Assembly: GCA_018667355.1 (NCBI GenBank)
Contig: JABIVC010000009.1
Coordinates: 18,665-82,664, forward strand
DNA from: Gammaproteobacteria bacterium
GTDB lineage: Bacteria; Pseudomonadota; Gammaproteobacteria; GCA-002705445; GCA-002716945
DNA length: 64,000 nucleotides
Direction of reading: 5' to 3'
Part shown: positions 17,339 through 29,923 of the stretch, piece by piece
Layout of the letters: every line of letters starts with the position of its first letter
Numbering within the stretch: position 1 is the first letter of the stretch
Notes under the pieces: model-generated
What the model saw: only the letters and a program-made list of their open reading frames with translations
What the model was told of the DNA's origin: nothing
Databases searched by the model: none
Program-made: the position numbers and the translations under genes

Positions 17339-20300
17339 ATGCTTCAAAATACAAATATACTTATAGATGTAACCAAAAGAAAGGGTAATACCAAAGATTC
17401 ATTTCATTACTTCCTTGTTTATAAAATCAAGTATGATAAAAAGATTAGCTCATCAGAGCTAGAGACTCTAAACCATCTACTGAATACTAGTAGGGTTCTT
17501 AGAACAAATGACATAAAAAGCAATAGTATATTAATTACAAATAGATCGGGTATTTTATCTCCATGGGCAGAGAAAGCTAAACAGGTTATTAATAATTGTG
17601 GATATAATAATAGTTTGAGCATAGAACAGACAAAGCTATATTCTTTTGATAGTAACATTATATTTAAACAGATGAGTGCTAACCTTGATACATTATACGA
17701 TAAAATGACACAGAATTGTTTTGCAAAAAAAAATGATATACAAAAATATTTGAATAATGACAAAATTTCTAAGAGTGATAAGAAAACAGAAACAATATCA
17801 TTAACACAATTAAATAAATATAATATAAAAATGGGTCTAGCTCTTAGCGACCTGGAAATCCTTTATTTAAAAAAAATATATACAAAGCTTAAGAGGCCAC
17901 CCAAGGATATAGAACTGATGATGTTTGCACAGATTAATTCTGAACACTGCAGACATAAAATATTTAATTCTAAAATAATAGAAAAGAATTCTAAGAAAAA
18001 CATATCTCTATTTGCATTAATCAAAAAAACTTTCAAGAAAAGAAATAAAGATGTAGTTTCAGCTTATACTGATAACTGTTCTATCATTAAATCAAATAAG
18101 ATAAACTTTTTATATACTGATTATATCAAAAAGAAGTATAGATATAAAAAAGAAGATGGCTTATATATAGTGAAGGCAGAAACACATAATCATCCAACTG
18201 CCATAGCACCGCATGCTGGAGCAGCCACAGGGTCAGGTGGAGAATTACGAGATGAAGGAGCGACTGGAAGAGGGTCAATACCAAAGGTAGGTTTTACAGG
18301 TTATACATTATCAAACCTATGTATACCTAAAGATAACAATAGGTGGGAAAATAATAATATAGGTACCCCCGCAAGAATAAAATCACCGTTAGATATTATT
18401 ATTGAGGCACCCATAGGAGCTGCTTCCTATAATAATGAGTTTGGTAGACCTAATATTTTTGGTTATTTTAGAACCTGTGAATTTAGTCCGATCATAAATA
18501 AATCTAATATAAAAAGTATTGGGTACCATAAACCAATAATGATTGCTGGTGGTGTTGGAGTCATAAGGAATAGTCATGTAAATAAAAATAAGTTGGATCA
18601 TGGTGACCTAATTATTGTCTTGGGTGGACCATCTTATCTCATAGGTCTTGGCGGTGGAGCAGCATCATCATTATCATCCGGAACTAGCAGTGAAAACTTA
18701 GATTTTGCATCAGTGCAAAGAGATAATCCAGAAATTGAAAGAAGATGTCAGGAAGTAATTAATCAATGTGTATATTTAGATAAAAAGTCACCTATTAAAA
18801 GTATTCATGATATTGGAGCAGGAGGACTGTGCAATGCTGTCCCAGAAATAGTTAATGATTCCGATAGAGGTGCAGATATTATGATGTCTAAAATACCTCT
18901 AGGTGAAGAATCTATGAAGCCTTTGGAAATCTGGTGCAATGAATCTCAAGAAAGATATATCATAGTGATTAATAAAGAAGATTTAAGTATATTTGATTCT
19001 ATTAGTATCAGAGAAAACTGCCCATATGCCGTGATTGGTAAAGTAACACGAAAAAGAAGTCTTGTTGTATATGACCTAGATAATGTAACAAAAATAATTG
19101 ATTTACCAATGAATTATCTTTTAGGAAAACCCCCTATAAAACCAATTAATATTATTGGTTATGATGAAAAAAATTATAGCAATAATCACAGTTATATAAA
19201 TTTTGAAAAATGCGTGAAAAGTGTTTTATCACTACCATCAGTATCTGATAAAGGATTCCTTATCACGATAGGTGATAGATCTGTTACTGGTCTTGTTGCA
19301 CGCGATCAAATGGTAGGAGCAAACCAAGTACCTGTTTCTAATGTAGGCATAACAATGTCCAACATAGGTTCTACAAGTGGGCAAGTGATAACAATGGGAG
19401 AACGTCCATCTATAGCAATTACCAATCCTGAAGCATCCGCAGAGATTGCTTTTGGAGAGGTCATAACAAATATTGCATGCTCACATATCAAAGATATTTC
19501 TAAAATAAAATTGTCAGCAAATTGGATGGCATCATCAAAAAATGACAATGAGATTGAAAGCCTATATCAAGCTGTGAAAAAAATATCAGAACTATGTCAA
19601 TTTAATAATATTACAATTCCTGTTGGCAAAGACTCCTTGTCTATGAGCACTTCATGGAAGAAAAATAAAAAATCATATGATGTTGAAAGTCCTGTAAGTC
19701 TCATATTATCTGGATTTTGTTCTATTGATAATGTTGAGGATGTAATAACTCCTGACTTAAAAGGTGATGGTGAAATATTTCTTATCGATATTTCTGAAGG
19801 TAAGGAACGATTAGGAGGTTCATCTTTACATCAAGTACATAATATAATTGACAACGATGTCCCAAGGATAGATAAATCGGAAAATATCCCTTTATTTTTT
19901 AACTTAGTCCAAAATCTTGTGAAATCTAAAATTATCTCTGCGTATCATGATAAATCAGACGGGGGTTTATTTACGACATTAAGTGAAATGGCATTTTCAG
20001 GAAATATATCACTTGATATTTTCAATAGCCTAGAGAGATACTTCGATATACAGCATATGATTAAATTTTTCTTTAATGAAGAGTTAGGCGCAGTGATTGA
20101 AGTACCTAAAAGAAATATTAAGGACTTTAATACTTTAGTTCAAAAAAATAAAGCTGATAAATTTATAGTTCCACTAGGAAAGTCAATAAAATCATCTAAT
20201 CCGGAAATACTAATCAGGTCTTATGAGGATATATCCTTTACTCTATCAGTATTAAGGAAATATTGGAGCAAACTAGCATACAATATTCAAAAGATTCGTG

Positions 20301-21181
20301 ATAATTCTTCAACTGCAAAAGATGAATATTATAGCAAAATAACCTCACATCAGGATATAAAGCCACTAAATAGTAAGGTCACTTTTTCAGCCAATAAAAT
20401 GAGGATTAAAAAGACCAAATTAAATAGGAAACCAAAAGTCGCAATTTTAAGAGAACAAGGTGTTAATGGGCATAAAGAAATGGCACATGCATTTATGATG
20501 TCTGGTTTTGAGTCTCACGATATACATATTAATGACATTTTAAAAGGTGATGTAAACTTAAGATCTTATGAAGGTATAATTGCATGTGGTGGTTTTTCAT
20601 ATGGCGATGTACTAGGGGCCGGAAAAGGTTGGGCAAGTAAAATACTATATAATGATAAGGCTAAGAATGAACTTGAGCTATTCTTTAATGATAAAGCTAA
20701 GTTTGCTCTAGGTGTTTGTAATGGTTGCCAAATGTTGTCACAACTTCAAACAATCATACCAGGAACAAAATATTGGCCTGTTTTCAGTCAAAATAAATCT
20801 CAACAATTTGAAGCAAGGTTATCAAGAGTTAAAATTAATAAATCACAATCTTTGTTTATGTCAGACATGGAAGGATCCATATTACCCATTATAGTCTCTC
20901 ATGGAGAAGGTCGGGTTGTATTTAAAGATAAATCATATACAAGTAATGGTATAATAAGCTATGTGGACAATGATAATAAAAAAACAATGAAATATCCATA
21001 TAACCCAAATGGATCTTGCAACGGAGTAAATGGTTTTACGAACAAAGACGGAAGAATAACTATCATGATGCCTCACCCAGAAAGATTATTCGACTTAAAA
21101 CAATATTCTTATCGACCTGCTGAATGGAAAAAGTCTCCATGGTCTAAAATATTCATTAATGCAAGAAATTGGTTAAAGTGA
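17339..21181 (+). CDS. purL: Phosphoribosylformylglycinamidine synthase, large single-chain PurL
   Basis: [35 protein letters not shown] and MMPHPER; 1280 aa. Confidence 0.97.
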   Translation: MLQNTNILIDVTKRKGNTKDSFHYFLVYKIKYDKKISSSELETLNHLLNTSRVLRTNDIKSNSILITNRSGILSPWAEKAKQVINNCGYNNSLSIEQTKLYSFDSNIIFKQMSANLDTLYDKMTQNCFAKKNDIQKYLNNDKISKSDKKTETISLTQLNKYNIKMGLALSDLEILYLKKIYTKLKRPPKDIELMMFAQINSEHCRHKIFNSKIIEKNSKKNISLFALIKKTFKKRNKDVVSAYTDNCSIIKSNKINFLYTDYIKKKYRYKKEDGLYIVKAETHNHPTAIAPHAGAATGSGGELRDEGATGRGSIPKVGFTGYTLSNLCIPKDNNRWENNNIGTPARIKSPLDIIIEAPIGAASYNNEFGRPNIFGYFRTCEFSPIINKSNIKSIGYHKPIMIAGGVGVIRNSHVNKNKLDHGDLIIVLGGPSYLIGLGGGAASSLSSGTSSENLDFASVQRDNPEIERRCQEVINQCVYLDKKSPIKSIHDIGAGGLCNAVPEIVNDSDRGADIMMSKIPLGEESMKPLEIWCNESQERYIIVINKEDLSIFDSISIRENCPYAVIGKVTRKRSLVVYDLDNVTKIIDLPMNYLLGKPPIKPINIIGYDEKNYSNNHSYINFEKCVKSVLSLPSVSDKGFLITIGDRSVTGLVARDQMVGANQVPVSNVGITMSNIGSTSGQVITMGERPSIAITNPEASAEIAFGEVITNIACSHIKDISKIKLSANWMASSKNDNEIESLYQAVKKISELCQFNNITIPVGKDSLSMSTSWKKNKKSYDVESPVSLILSGFCSIDNVEDVITPDLKGDGEIFLIDISEGKERLGGSSLHQVHNIIDNDVPRIDKSENIPLFFNLVQNLVKSKIISAYHDKSDGGLFTTLSEMAFSGNISLDIFNSLERYFDIQHMIKFFFNEELGAVIEVPKRNIKDFNTLVQKNKADKFIVPLGKSIKSSNPEILIRSYEDISFTLSVLRKYWSKLAYNIQKIRDNSSTAKDEYYSKITSHQDIKPLNSKVTFSANKMRIKKTKLNRKPKVAILREQGVNGHKEMAHAFMMSGFESHDIHINDILKGDVNLRSYEGIIACGGFSYGDVLGAGKGWASKILYNDKAKNELELFFNDKAKFALGVCNGCQMLSQLQTIIPGTKYWPVFSQNKSQQFEARLSRVKINKSQSLFMSDMEGSILPIIVSHGEGRVVFKDKSYTSNGIISYVDNDNKKTMKYPYNPNGSCNGVNGFTNKDGRITIMMPHPERLFDLKQYSYRPAEWKKSPWSKIFINARNWLK

Positions 21182-22113
21182 AAATATTTAATAAATATAA
21201 CTTAGATAAAGAGAATGAAATTACTGATGAGAAATATTTTCTCAATCGTAGGAAAATTATGGCTTCAGCATTTGCTTTCCCATTCTTAATAAATTCTAAC
21301 AGTTTAGTCGCATCACAAAAAAAACTCTCCTTCAATAAAGATTTAGAATACAGCACAAATGAAAAAACAAATACTATTAAACAAATTACTTCTTACAATA
21401 ATTTTTATGAATTGGGAACTGGCAAAAGAGACCCTATGTTGAATGCAGATAAGTTAAAATCTCATGAATGGAAATTAACAATAGATGGGCTGGTAGAGAA
21501 TTCATTAATTCTTGATTCTGATGATTTGATAAAAAAGTTCCAGCTTGAAGAGAGAATATATAGACTAAGATGTGTTGAGGCATGGTCGATGGTAGTTCCC
21601 TGGATTGGTTTCGAGTTAAGAAGTTTAATTAATCTTGCCAAGCCATTATATAATGCAAAATATGTATCTTTTGAATCTATCTTAGATAAAGAAAATCTAC
21701 CTGGCCAAAAAAGAAATATTTTAAATTGGCCTTATAAAGAGGGATTAAGAATGGACGAGGCAATCAATCCATTAACAATGATAGCGGTAGGACTTTACGG
21801 AAAGACTCTCCCCAATCAAAATGGCTCCCCTGTAAGACTTATTGTTCCATGGAAATATGGGTTTAAAAGTATTAAGTCAATTGTTAAAATTTCATTTGTT
21901 GATCAAAAACCAACATGCACATGGAATGAACAAGCCCCAAATGAGTATGGTTTTTATTCTAATGTCAATCCATATGTAGATCACCCAAGATGGACTCAGA
22001 AAAGAGAACGAAGGATAGGTGAGTTTGGCAAAAGGGATACTTTGCTATTCAACGGATATAGTAAATTTGTAGATAATTTATATACAAACATGGATCTTAA
22101 AAAAAACTTTTAA
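21178..22113 (+). CDS. msrP: Protein-methionine-sulfoxide reductase catalytic subunit MsrP
   Basis: EITDE-x-x-x-LNRR Tat signal, YNNFYELG, Mo-ligating RCVEAWS and [11 protein letters not shown]. Likely GTG start overlapping the purL TGA (GTGA). Confidence 0.95.
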   Translation: MKIFNKYNLDKENEITDEKYFLNRRKIMASAFAFPFLINSNSLVASQKKLSFNKDLEYSTNEKTNTIKQITSYNNFYELGTGKRDPMLNADKLKSHEWKLTIDGLVENSLILDSDDLIKKFQLEERIYRLRCVEAWSMVVPWIGFELRSLINLAKPLYNAKYVSFESILDKENLPGQKRNILNWPYKEGLRMDEAINPLTMIAVGLYGKTLPNQNGSPVRLIVPWKYGFKSIKSIVKISFVDQKPTCTWNEQAPNEYGFYSNVNPYVDHPRWTQKRERRIGEFGKRDTLLFNGYSKFVDNLYTNMDLKKNF

Positions 22114-22127
22114 TATAATTTTTTATT

Positions 22128-22673
22128 TTGAATAGAATCATTACATATACATTTTCATTGATTCCAGTATTTTACATTTTTTATCAATCCTTATTCAATG
22201 ATGAAATTATTAATCCATATTCATATTTAATAATTTCATCAGGATATATTGCCATGAGCATGATAATAATTATATTATCAGTTCCTCTTCTATATTTTGT
22301 CAAAAACTTTATAGATAGAAGATCTCTGGGGTTAATCACGTTTGTTGTTACATTATTTCATTTCTTTTTATATCTTTTAGATAATAGTTTTAACTTTAAA
22401 TATATAATGTCTGATCTTATCTCTTTATGGTTTATACAGGCAGGGTATCTGGCTTTACTATTATTTATTCCTTTGGTATTAACATCAACAGACAAACTTA
22501 GGAATAAATTAGGTAATAAGTGGTTTACACTGCATAGATTAATTTATTTGATTCTAGTATTATCATTATTACATTATTATTTAATCATTAAGGCAGATTA
22601 TTTTTTATTTAATCTTTATTTGGCCATTTTATTAGCTATATTGATAATAAAAAGAAGGGTTTATAGTTCATGA
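22128..22673 (+). CDS. msrQ: Heme-binding membrane subunit MsrQ
   Basis: RRSLG, LFH, LVLTS, W-x-x-LHRLIY and LLHYY; directly follows msrP. Confidence 0.9.
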   Translation: MNRIITYTFSLIPVFYIFYQSLFNDEIINPYSYLIISSGYIAMSMIIIILSVPLLYFVKNFIDRRSLGLITFVVTLFHFFLYLLDNSFNFKYIMSDLISLWFIQAGYLALLLFIPLVLTSTDKLRNKLGNKWFTLHRLIYLILVLSLLHYYLIIKADYFLFNLYLAILLAILIIKRRVYSS

Positions 22674-24394
22674 ATAGAAGAGAGTTCATTCAATTTTTAC
22701 TAGCTGGATATGCTGCAGGCATAGTAAAGCCCTCTATGAGCTCGTCAACAATTAATTATAATATCAAACCTTTTGGTGATTTGAGACTTATTCATATCAC
22801 AGACACTCATGCGCAATTAGACCCCATGCATTTTAGAGAGCCAAACTACAATCTTGGTGTTGGTATTAATAGAAACACCCCTCCTCATCTAGTAGGAAAA
22901 AGATTATTAGATTATTATTCTATTAATTCATCTATTATGAAACATGCTTTTACTCATCTTGATTTTAATAGTCATGCAAAAGAGTTTGGTAAATTTGGTG
23001 GTTATGCTCACCTTAAAACTGTTATAGATCAATTACGCTCTGATGCTAGTCAAAATTCATTGTTGCTTGATGGTGGAGATACTTGGCAAGGAAGTGGCCT
23101 TTCTTTGTTAACAAATGGAAAAGATATGGTTGAAGCATCGAATATTTTAGGTGTAGACGTTATGACTGGGCATTGGGAGTTTACCTATGGCGAAAAAATA
23201 TTCTTGGAGAATTTAAAGAATTTTAATGGTGATTTTGTTGCTCAAAATATTTCACTTACTGAAGAAGCTCTATTTGATGGAATAGAACCAGTAGATGATG
23301 ATAATCATTTTCAGAAACCATATGTTATCAAAACTATAAATAATCAGAGAGTCGCTGTCATTGGCCAGGCATTTCCATATACTCCTATTGCTAACCCTAG
23401 CCGAATGATTCCTAATCTTACTTTTGGAATTCGTGATAATGAACTTCAGGATTTAATTGATAAAATTAAAGAAACTGAAAAACCTTCCTTAATAGTGCTT
23501 TTATCTCATAATGGTGTAGATGTAGATAAAAAAATGGCATCAAAAGTTCGTGGGATAGATATTATATTTGGTGGACATACCCATGATGTTTTACCTAAAC
23601 CTATTGAGGTAATTAATAATAATGTAAAGACAGTAATATTAAATTCAGGATGTAATGGTAAATTTGTTTCGATGATCGATATAAAAGTTAAACATTCATC
23701 TTTTGAATACAGATACAAGTTATTACCAATTTTTTCAAATCAAATAGAACCATCAACTGTTATGAATAATCATATTTCCAATATGAAAAGTCCTTTCAAA
23801 AATCATTTGAATCAAGTTATCGGAAAATCTAATCATGATTTGTATAGACGAGGAAATTTTAATGGCTCTTTTGATAACCTTATCTGTGACTCAATGTCTA
23901 ATGTTCTTGATAGTGAAATATGTTTGTCCCCAGGTTTTAGATGGGGAGCCACTGTTCTTGCAGGAGAAGATATTACCATGTCCGACATCTATAATCATAC
24001 CGCCATTACCTACCCAAATGTTTATAGAAGGGAAATGACGGGGCTCACTATAAAGAATATCCTTGAAGATGTAGCTGATAATATTTTTAATCCTGACCCT
24101 TATCTCCAGCAAGGGGGCGATATGGTGAGAACTACTGGCATTAGTTATGAAATTGAACCAAAGAATTCAATTAATAAAAGAATCAAAAATATAACATTAA
24201 ATAATGGTAAACTACTGAAAAATAACAAAAAATATATTGTCAGTGGATGGGCTAGTGTAAACTCAGAAGAATCGGGAGCCCCGATTTGGGAAGTAACTAA
24301 AGAATATCTTGGTTCTATCAAACACTATGACTTAAGTAAGGTTAAACAACCCATTTTAGTCTCTGAAGATGACAATTTTGGAATAGAAATTTAG
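22670..24394 (+). CDS. soxB: Thiosulfohydrolase SoxB
   Basis: Tat signal MNRREF, TDTHAQL, HFREP-x-x-NLGVG, [28 protein letters not shown] and QQGGDMVR. Confidence 0.93.
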   Translation: MNRREFIQFLLAGYAAGIVKPSMSSSTINYNIKPFGDLRLIHITDTHAQLDPMHFREPNYNLGVGINRNTPPHLVGKRLLDYYSINSSIMKHAFTHLDFNSHAKEFGKFGGYAHLKTVIDQLRSDASQNSLLLDGGDTWQGSGLSLLTNGKDMVEASNILGVDVMTGHWEFTYGEKIFLENLKNFNGDFVAQNISLTEEALFDGIEPVDDDNHFQKPYVIKTINNQRVAVIGQAFPYTPIANPSRMIPNLTFGIRDNELQDLIDKIKETEKPSLIVLLSHNGVDVDKKMASKVRGIDIIFGGHTHDVLPKPIEVINNNVKTVILNSGCNGKFVSMIDIKVKHSSFEYRYKLLPIFSNQIEPSTVMNNHISNMKSPFKNHLNQVIGKSNHDLYRRGNFNGSFDNLICDSMSNVLDSEICLSPGFRWGATVLAGEDITMSDIYNHTAITYPNVYRREMTGLTIKNILEDVADNIFNPDPYLQQGGDMVRTTGISYEIEPKNSINKRIKNITLNNGKLLKNNKKYIVSGWASVNSEESGAPIWEVTKEYLGSIKHYDLSKVKQPILVSEDDNFGIEI

Positions 24395-24462
24395 TTACAA
24401 AAAATACTTTAAATGTTAATATTTCATTTGAATTTATACACTATATTGTGAAAGGAGAGCAT

Positions 24463-25734
24463 ATGTTTGATGTAGATATGAAAATTGCAGGATTTGATGA
24501 CGAGCTTAATGATGCTATAAAAAAAGAGATTATTCGCCAAGAAGAGCATGTAGAGCTTATAGCTTCAGAAAACTATGCAAGTCCTAGGGTTTTAGAGGCA
24601 CAAGGATCAGTTTTAACGAATAAATATGCAGAAGGATATCCTTACAAACGATATTATGGTGGGTGCGAAAATGTTGATGTAGCTGAACAGTTAGCTATTG
24701 ATAGGCTAAAAGAAATATATGGTGCAGATTATGCAAATGTTCAACCTCACTCTGGCTCTCAAGCAAATGCTGCTGTTTATCTTGCTTTACTTAACGCTGG
24801 TGACACTATACTTGGTATGAGCTTAGATGCTGGCGGCCATTTAACGCATGGTTCAAAAGTAAATTTCTCAGGAAAATTATTCAATGCTATCCAATATGGT
24901 ATAGATGAGAATGGAATGCTTGATTATGATGAAATAGAAAAATTAGCAGTAGAACATAAGCCAAAAATGTTAGTTGGTGGGTTCTCAGCTTATTCACAAG
25001 TTATCGACTGGGAAAGAATGTCTAAAATTGCTAAAAAAGTAAACGCTTACTTTTTAGTTGATATGGCTCATGTTTCAGGCTTAGTTGCCGGAGGTGTTTA
25101 CCCATCTCCTGTACCTTTTGCTGATGTGGTTACATCAACTACACATAAAACATTAAGAGGGCCTAGAGGTGGAATAATAATTTGTAAATCAAATCCAGAG
25201 CTTGAGAAGAAATTTAACTCATTAGTTTTTCCTGGAACACAGGGTGGACCCCTAATGCATGTAATTGCAGCTAAAGCCGTTGCATTTAAAGAGGCATTAG
25301 AACCTGAGTTTAAAGAATATATGAAGCAGGTTGTGTTGAATGCAGACTTATTAGCTAAAACAATAATCTCTAGAGGTTATGAGATTGTGTCGGGTGGAAC
25401 AAAGAACCATTTAATGCTGGTTAGTTTGGTCAAACAAGGCTTAACTGGAAAAGCAGCTGATGCTGCCTTGCATAAAGCAAATATTACTGTAAATAAAAAC
25501 TCTGTGCCAAATGATCCGCAAAGTCCTTTTGTCACAAGTGGAATTAGACTTGGTACTGCGGCTATCACAACAAGAGGTTTTAAAGAGGCTGAGACTACCA
25601 TTCTAGGTAATCTTATATGCGATGTACTTGATGATATAGATGACGAGTCTAAAATAGCATCTGTTAAAGAAAAAATATTAAATTTAACATCTCAATTCCC
25701 AGTTTATTCTACGAATAAAAAAGCTGTGGCTTAG
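24463..25734 (+). CDS. glyA: Serine hydroxymethyltransferase
   Basis: [26 protein letters not shown] and [11 protein letters not shown]. Start ATG 24463 follows AAGGAG. Confidence 0.98.
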   Translation: MFDVDMKIAGFDDELNDAIKKEIIRQEEHVELIASENYASPRVLEAQGSVLTNKYAEGYPYKRYYGGCENVDVAEQLAIDRLKEIYGADYANVQPHSGSQANAAVYLALLNAGDTILGMSLDAGGHLTHGSKVNFSGKLFNAIQYGIDENGMLDYDEIEKLAVEHKPKMLVGGFSAYSQVIDWERMSKIAKKVNAYFLVDMAHVSGLVAGGVYPSPVPFADVVTSTTHKTLRGPRGGIIICKSNPELEKKFNSLVFPGTQGGPLMHVIAAKAVAFKEALEPEFKEYMKQVVLNADLLAKTIISRGYEIVSGGTKNHLMLVSLVKQGLTGKAADAALHKANITVNKNSVPNDPQSPFVTSGIRLGTAAITTRGFKEAETTILGNLICDVLDDIDDESKIASVKEKILNLTSQFPVYSTNKKAVA

Positions 25735-25745
25735 AGGTATTTGAT

Positions 25746-26246
25746 ATGCGCTGTCCTTTTTGCGGGGAGCCCGAAACAAAGGTAATTGATTCTCGCCTGG
25801 CAGGAGAAGTAAATGCTATTAAAAGGAGACGTGAGTGCGTCTCATGCGGTATACGATTCAATACTTCTGAACAGTCTGAACTATCATATCCGCGTGTCAT
25901 AAAAACCGACAATTCATCAGAACTATTTTCTGAAGATAAAATTAAAAAAGGCGTCTACATAGCTCTCGAGAAAAGAGAAAATACCGTAGTTGACATAGAC
26001 ATTACCTTTAATTGTATTTTCAAAAAATGCAGGACTCATATTGATAAAGAGATTTCATCGAATCAAATTGGTAAAATCGTGATGGAAGAATTATTAAAGT
26101 TAGATCATGTGGCATATCTGAGGTTTGCATCTGTCTATTTAAAATTCGAAGATATAGAGGCGTTTACTAAAGTAATAAAAGGTCTAGAAAAAGATTTATC
26201 ACCAGAAATGAAAAAACTTCAAAAGAATTTATTGCAAGATGAATAA
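25746..26246 (+). CDS. nrdR: Transcriptional repressor NrdR
   Basis: CPFC, DSR, RRRREC-type zinc ribbon and VAYLRFASVY. Confidence 0.96.
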   Translation: MRCPFCGEPETKVIDSRLAGEVNAIKRRRECVSCGIRFNTSEQSELSYPRVIKTDNSSELFSEDKIKKGVYIALEKRENTVVDIDITFNCIFKKCRTHIDKEISSNQIGKIVMEELLKLDHVAYLRFASVYLKFEDIEAFTKVIKGLEKDLSPEMKKLQKNLLQDE

Positions 26247-27333
26247 AGAAAAGTTTGATGAATACTATATCCGAGAAACCTTTAAATTAGCTCTTAATGG
26301 AAAATTTACTGCTCATCCAAACCCGATGGTTGGTGCGGTCGTAGTTAAAAATAATAAAATTATTGGAAAAGGGTTTCATTTAAAACCTGGGTCACCTCAT
26401 GCTGAACAGGTTGCTATAAAAAATGCTGGAATATCTGCTCTTAACTCGACACTCTATATTAATTTGGAACCGTGTTGTCATTATGGCAGAACACCACCAT
26501 GTTCTGATTTAATCATTAATAAAAAAATAAAGAGAGTAGTTATCTCATCTCTTGACCCTAATCCTCTCGTAAATGGAAAAAGCGTCAAACAGCTAAGAAG
26601 TGCAGGCATTGAAGTCAAGATTGGAATTTTAAAAGATGAAGCAATTAAACTAAATAATGGATTTTTTAAGAAGTTTGTATTGAAAAGACCAATCATTATT
26701 TGTAAATCAGGCATATCTTTAGATGGAAAAATTTCTTTAAATAACGGTGTAAGTAAGTGGATTACATCAATTGATTCGAGGAAAGATGTCCAGATGGAAA
26801 GAGCAGTTTCATCACTAATATTTTCTTCATCAAAAACAGTTATAATGGATAATCCAAACTTTAATGTCAGAAATCCAGAACTATTGAAAAAAATAATAAA
26901 GCAACCATGCCTCGGGATAGTAGATAGAGCTTTGAAGATACCTTTGGAAAATAAAATATTTAAAAATATATCTAGAAAAATATATTTATTCACATCAGTT
27001 AAAAATACTGCTAAGAAATATAAAAAAAATGTAACCATCGTATATATAAAAGCTGAGAAAGGCAAAATGAATATCGCTAAATGCATGAGTTATCTTGCTA
27101 CTCAAGATATTAATAGCGTTTTTATAGAAGCAGGACCTACTTTAATAGAGTCTTTTTTAAAAAAATCATTAATAGATGAGATGATATTGTATATAGCTCC
27201 AAAGATAATTGGTCACACAGGTAAATCTTTTTCAGGCGTAACGTATATAAAAGAACTTTCAAAAAAGATAAATTATAGAATTAGTGATATGATTGCAATT
27301 GGAAACAATTTAAAAGTAAGGCTTGAGAAGTAA
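26239..27333 (+). CDS. ribD: Bifunctional deaminase/reductase RibD
   Basis: PNPMVG, PHAE, LEPCCHYGRTPPC, SLDGK and SKWIT. Confidence 0.96.
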   Translation: MNKEKFDEYYIRETFKLALNGKFTAHPNPMVGAVVVKNNKIIGKGFHLKPGSPHAEQVAIKNAGISALNSTLYINLEPCCHYGRTPPCSDLIINKKIKRVVISSLDPNPLVNGKSVKQLRSAGIEVKIGILKDEAIKLNNGFFKKFVLKRPIIICKSGISLDGKISLNNGVSKWITSIDSRKDVQMERAVSSLIFSSSKTVIMDNPNFNVRNPELLKKIIKQPCLGIVDRALKIPLENKIFKNISRKIYLFTSVKNTAKKYKKNVTIVYIKAEKGKMNIAKCMSYLATQDINSVFIEAGPTLIESFLKKSLIDEMILYIAPKIIGHTGKSFSGVTYIKELSKKINYRISDMIAIGNNLKVRLEK

Positions 27334-27334
27334 A

Positions 27335-27922
27335 ATGTTTACAGGAATTATAGAAAATTTAGGTAAAGTTATTTCTATAAATAAGATTAGTAATAATCAT
27401 GTTATTGAAATAGAGATTTTAAATTTACCTGTGAGCATAGCTAATGGTGATAGCATTGCTATTAATGGTGCATGCTTAACAGTTAGTGGGATTAATGATA
27501 ATACTTATAGTTTTCATTTATCACCAGAGACTATGAATAAGACTTCATTCAATCATTTAGAAAAAAATAACTTTGTTAATACAGAATTACCTTTGACTCT
27601 AAATAAATTTATAAGTGGACATATTACTACTGGACATATTGATACTACCGGTAAAATTGAGAAAATTTTAAAAAATAAAGAATCATGGTTTGTGCAATTA
27701 AGCATTGATAGTAAATTTTTAAAATATGTAGTTCATAAAGGATCAATCTGCATTGATGGTGTTAGTCTAACAATTAACGATATGAATGAAAATATGTTAG
27801 ACTTGATGATAATTCCTCATACATATGAAAATACAATTATTAAAAATTATAAAATAAATGACAATGTAAATATAGAAGTAGATTATATAGCAAAACATTT
27901 AGAGAAACTTAAAAATGATTAA
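27335..27922 (+). CDS. ribE: Riboflavin synthase (alpha chain)
   Basis: Canonical N-terminus MFTGIIE, GDSIAINGACLT, GHITTGHID and GSICIDGVSLT. Confidence 0.96.
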   Translation: MFTGIIENLGKVISINKISNNHVIEIEILNLPVSIANGDSIAINGACLTVSGINDNTYSFHLSPETMNKTSFNHLEKNNFVNTELPLTLNKFISGHITTGHIDTTGKIEKILKNKESWFVQLSIDSKFLKYVVHKGSICIDGVSLTINDMNENMLDLMIIPHTYENTIIKNYKINDNVNIEVDYIAKHLEKLKND

Positions 27923-29003
27923 TACAACTCAAGAAATTATCGACTCTCTTAAAAAAGGAAAAATGGTCATTATAATGGATGATGAAAATAGAGAGAACGA
28001 GGGTGATCTTGTAATGGCGTCTGAATTTGTAAAAGCTAATGATATTAATTTCATGGCTTCCAAAGGTAGAGGTTTAATATGTTTAACTTTAACTGCCTCA
28101 AAATGCAAAAAACTTGGTTTGCAGTTAATCAAAAAAACTGGTGAAACTTCTAAAGAAACTAATTTTACTGTCTCTATAGAGGCTGCCAGAGGTGTTACAA
28201 CCGGAATATCTGCTGCCGATAGAGCTAAGACTATACAGGCAGCTGTAGCAAAAAAATCTAAATCGTCTGATCTTGTTCAGCCTGGACATATATTCCCATT
28301 GATGGCAAAAGATGGTGGAGTTTTAGTTAGGGCAGGACATACGGAGGCAGGTTGTGACTTAGCTAAACTAGCTGGGCTTGAAGCATCATCCGTCATTGTA
28401 GAAATTTTGAATGAAGATGGGACAATGGCGCGTAAAAAAGACTTACTAGCATTCGCAAAGAAGTATAAATTAAAAATTGGAACGATTGAAGATCTTATAA
28501 AATATAAGATATCAAATGAAAAAACAATTAAAAGAATTCATGAGGAGATAATAAAAACAGATTATGGTGTTTTTAATAGTATTTTCTACAAAGACACTTT
28601 AACTTCTATGACTCATTTTGCTCTAATTAAAGGGAAAATTAAGCCTGATCTCCCAACAACAGTTAGAGTTCATGTGCAGAATGTTTTAATTGATACTATT
28701 AAAGCTACAAATCTTTCAACATGGTCGCTTGATAATGCATTAAAGAAAATATCTAAATCTAAACAAGGTGCTGCAGTTTTCATCACTGAAAATTTATCTA
28801 TTAATCAGGTCCTTAATTTAAAAAGTTCTAAAAAAGAACTAGCAAATAAATCAAGTAAAACAGAAGATTTCAGGACAGTGGGTATAGGCGCCCAAATATT
28901 GAGTGATATAGGTGTAAAAGACATGGTTCTGCTAAGTTCACCTATAAAGTATCATGGTATTAATGCATTTGGGTTAAATGTAACTAAATATGTGGGCAAA
29001 TAA
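27915..29003 (+). CDS. ribB: DHBP synthase fused to a degenerate GTP cyclohydrolase II-like domain (RibBX type)
   Basis: DDENRENEGD, GVTTGISAADR, PGHIFPL and RAGHTE. The C-terminal domain lacks the RibA zinc-binding cysteines. Confidence 0.92.
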   Translation: MINTTQEIIDSLKKGKMVIIMDDENRENEGDLVMASEFVKANDINFMASKGRGLICLTLTASKCKKLGLQLIKKTGETSKETNFTVSIEAARGVTTGISAADRAKTIQAAVAKKSKSSDLVQPGHIFPLMAKDGGVLVRAGHTEAGCDLAKLAGLEASSVIVEILNEDGTMARKKDLLAFAKKYKLKIGTIEDLIKYKISNEKTIKRIHEEIIKTDYGVFNSIFYKDTLTSMTHFALIKGKIKPDLPTTVRVHVQNVLIDTIKATNLSTWSLDNALKKISKSKQGAAVFITENLSINQVLNLKSSKKELANKSSKTEDFRTVGIGAQILSDIGVKDMVLLSSPIKYHGINAFGLNVTKYVGK

Positions 29004-29507
29004 ATGAAAAATTCCAACGTTCAATCTACTGGTTTATATCCCGATATAGATAATAATGGAGATTTGTGTAAAAGCAATATCAAAGATTGTGACATAATTA
29101 TTGTGTCAACACTATATCATAAAGAGATAGTCCGTAGCATGATGTATAGCTTCATAAGCACTATCAATAAATCAACCAAGGTATCAATCGGTTTTGTTGA
29201 ATCACCTGGGTCTTTTGAGTTACCAATAACAATTCAAATAATTGCCGAAAAATATCAACCTAAATTATTTCTTGCAGTAGGCTGTATTATCAAAGGTGAA
29301 ACGAATCATGATAGTTATCTATCATCATCTGTTACCGAGGGGTTGATGAATTTATCACTAAAATTTAGTACACCTATATTAAATGGTGTCTTAACTACCA
29401 ATACTTTACAACAAGCGATTGATAGGGCAGGTAAAAATCTTGATAAAGGAAAAGACCTTGCAGAAGCTGCAATAGAGATGCTTGCATTTACAAGTAACTT
29501 TAAATAA
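29004..29507 (+). CDS. ribH: 6,7-dimethyl-8-ribityllumazine synthase
   Basis: PGSFELP, GCIIKGETNH, GVLTT and AIDRAG; canonical position before nusB. Confidence 0.92.
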   Translation: MKNSNVQSTGLYPDIDNNGDLCKSNIKDCDIIIVSTLYHKEIVRSMMYSFISTINKSTKVSIGFVESPGSFELPITIQIIAEKYQPKLFLAVGCIIKGETNHDSYLSSSVTEGLMNLSLKFSTPILNGVLTTNTLQQAIDRAGKNLDKGKDLAEAAIEMLAFTSNFK

Positions 29508-29923
29508 TGAAAGATTTTAATGCGAAAGAAAGAACTCTCGCAAGAGAAAACATTGTCAAAGTTCTATATCAGCAAGACCTAAATCAGTACTCTTTTTCTG
29601 ATATTTTAAAAACATTTGTTGAAAAAAGAAGTTATGATAAAAGTTATTTTGAAAATATTATTTTATTGATTGGCCAGAATAATGAAAAAATTATTGACTT
29701 TATAGAGAAAAATACAGATTTACATATTGATAAGTTAATACCGATAGATAGATCCATTCTAAGACTATCAGTTTGTGAGTTTATATATAGAGCTGATGTT
29801 CCTAAAAAAGTAATCTTGAATGAAAGCATAGATATTGCTAAAAAATATTCTACAGATGAATCTTATAGATTCATTAACAATATTCTTGATCAACTACTAA
29901 AATGTTTTGATAAAAATGATTAA
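29507..29923 (+). CDS. nusB: Transcription antitermination factor NusB
   Basis: ARE-x-x-x-x-x-LYQ, IDRSILRL, VILNESIDIAKKY and FINNILD. Confidence 0.94.
   Translation: MKDFNAKERTLARENIVKVLYQQDLNQYSFSDILKTFVEKRSYDKSYFENIILLIGQNNEKIIDFIEKNTDLHIDKLIPIDRSILRLSVCEFIYRADVPKKVILNESIDIAKKYSTDESYRFINNILDQLLKCFDKND

Noticed and set aside
21784-21794. GCGGTAG ops-like core inside msrP
   Set aside because: It lacks the nnTG tail and upstream hairpin, and is explained by Ala-Val-Gly codons.
25735-26240. FMN riboswitch or NrdR box near the rib genes; ZTP riboswitch before glyA
   Set aside because: ribD overlaps nrdR with no leader, and the short AT-rich spacers show no matching consensus.
26481-27086. 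Long antisense ORFs in the track, e.g. 26481-27086, 54784-55344, 52202-52558, 17419-17763 and 9459-9668
   Set aside because: They lie opposite well-supported genes or, for 9459-9668, opposite the alkA end and the Lys-rich ORF. They have no recognisable motifs, and their Phe/Ile/Leu-rich composition is expected from the reverse complement of A-rich codons.
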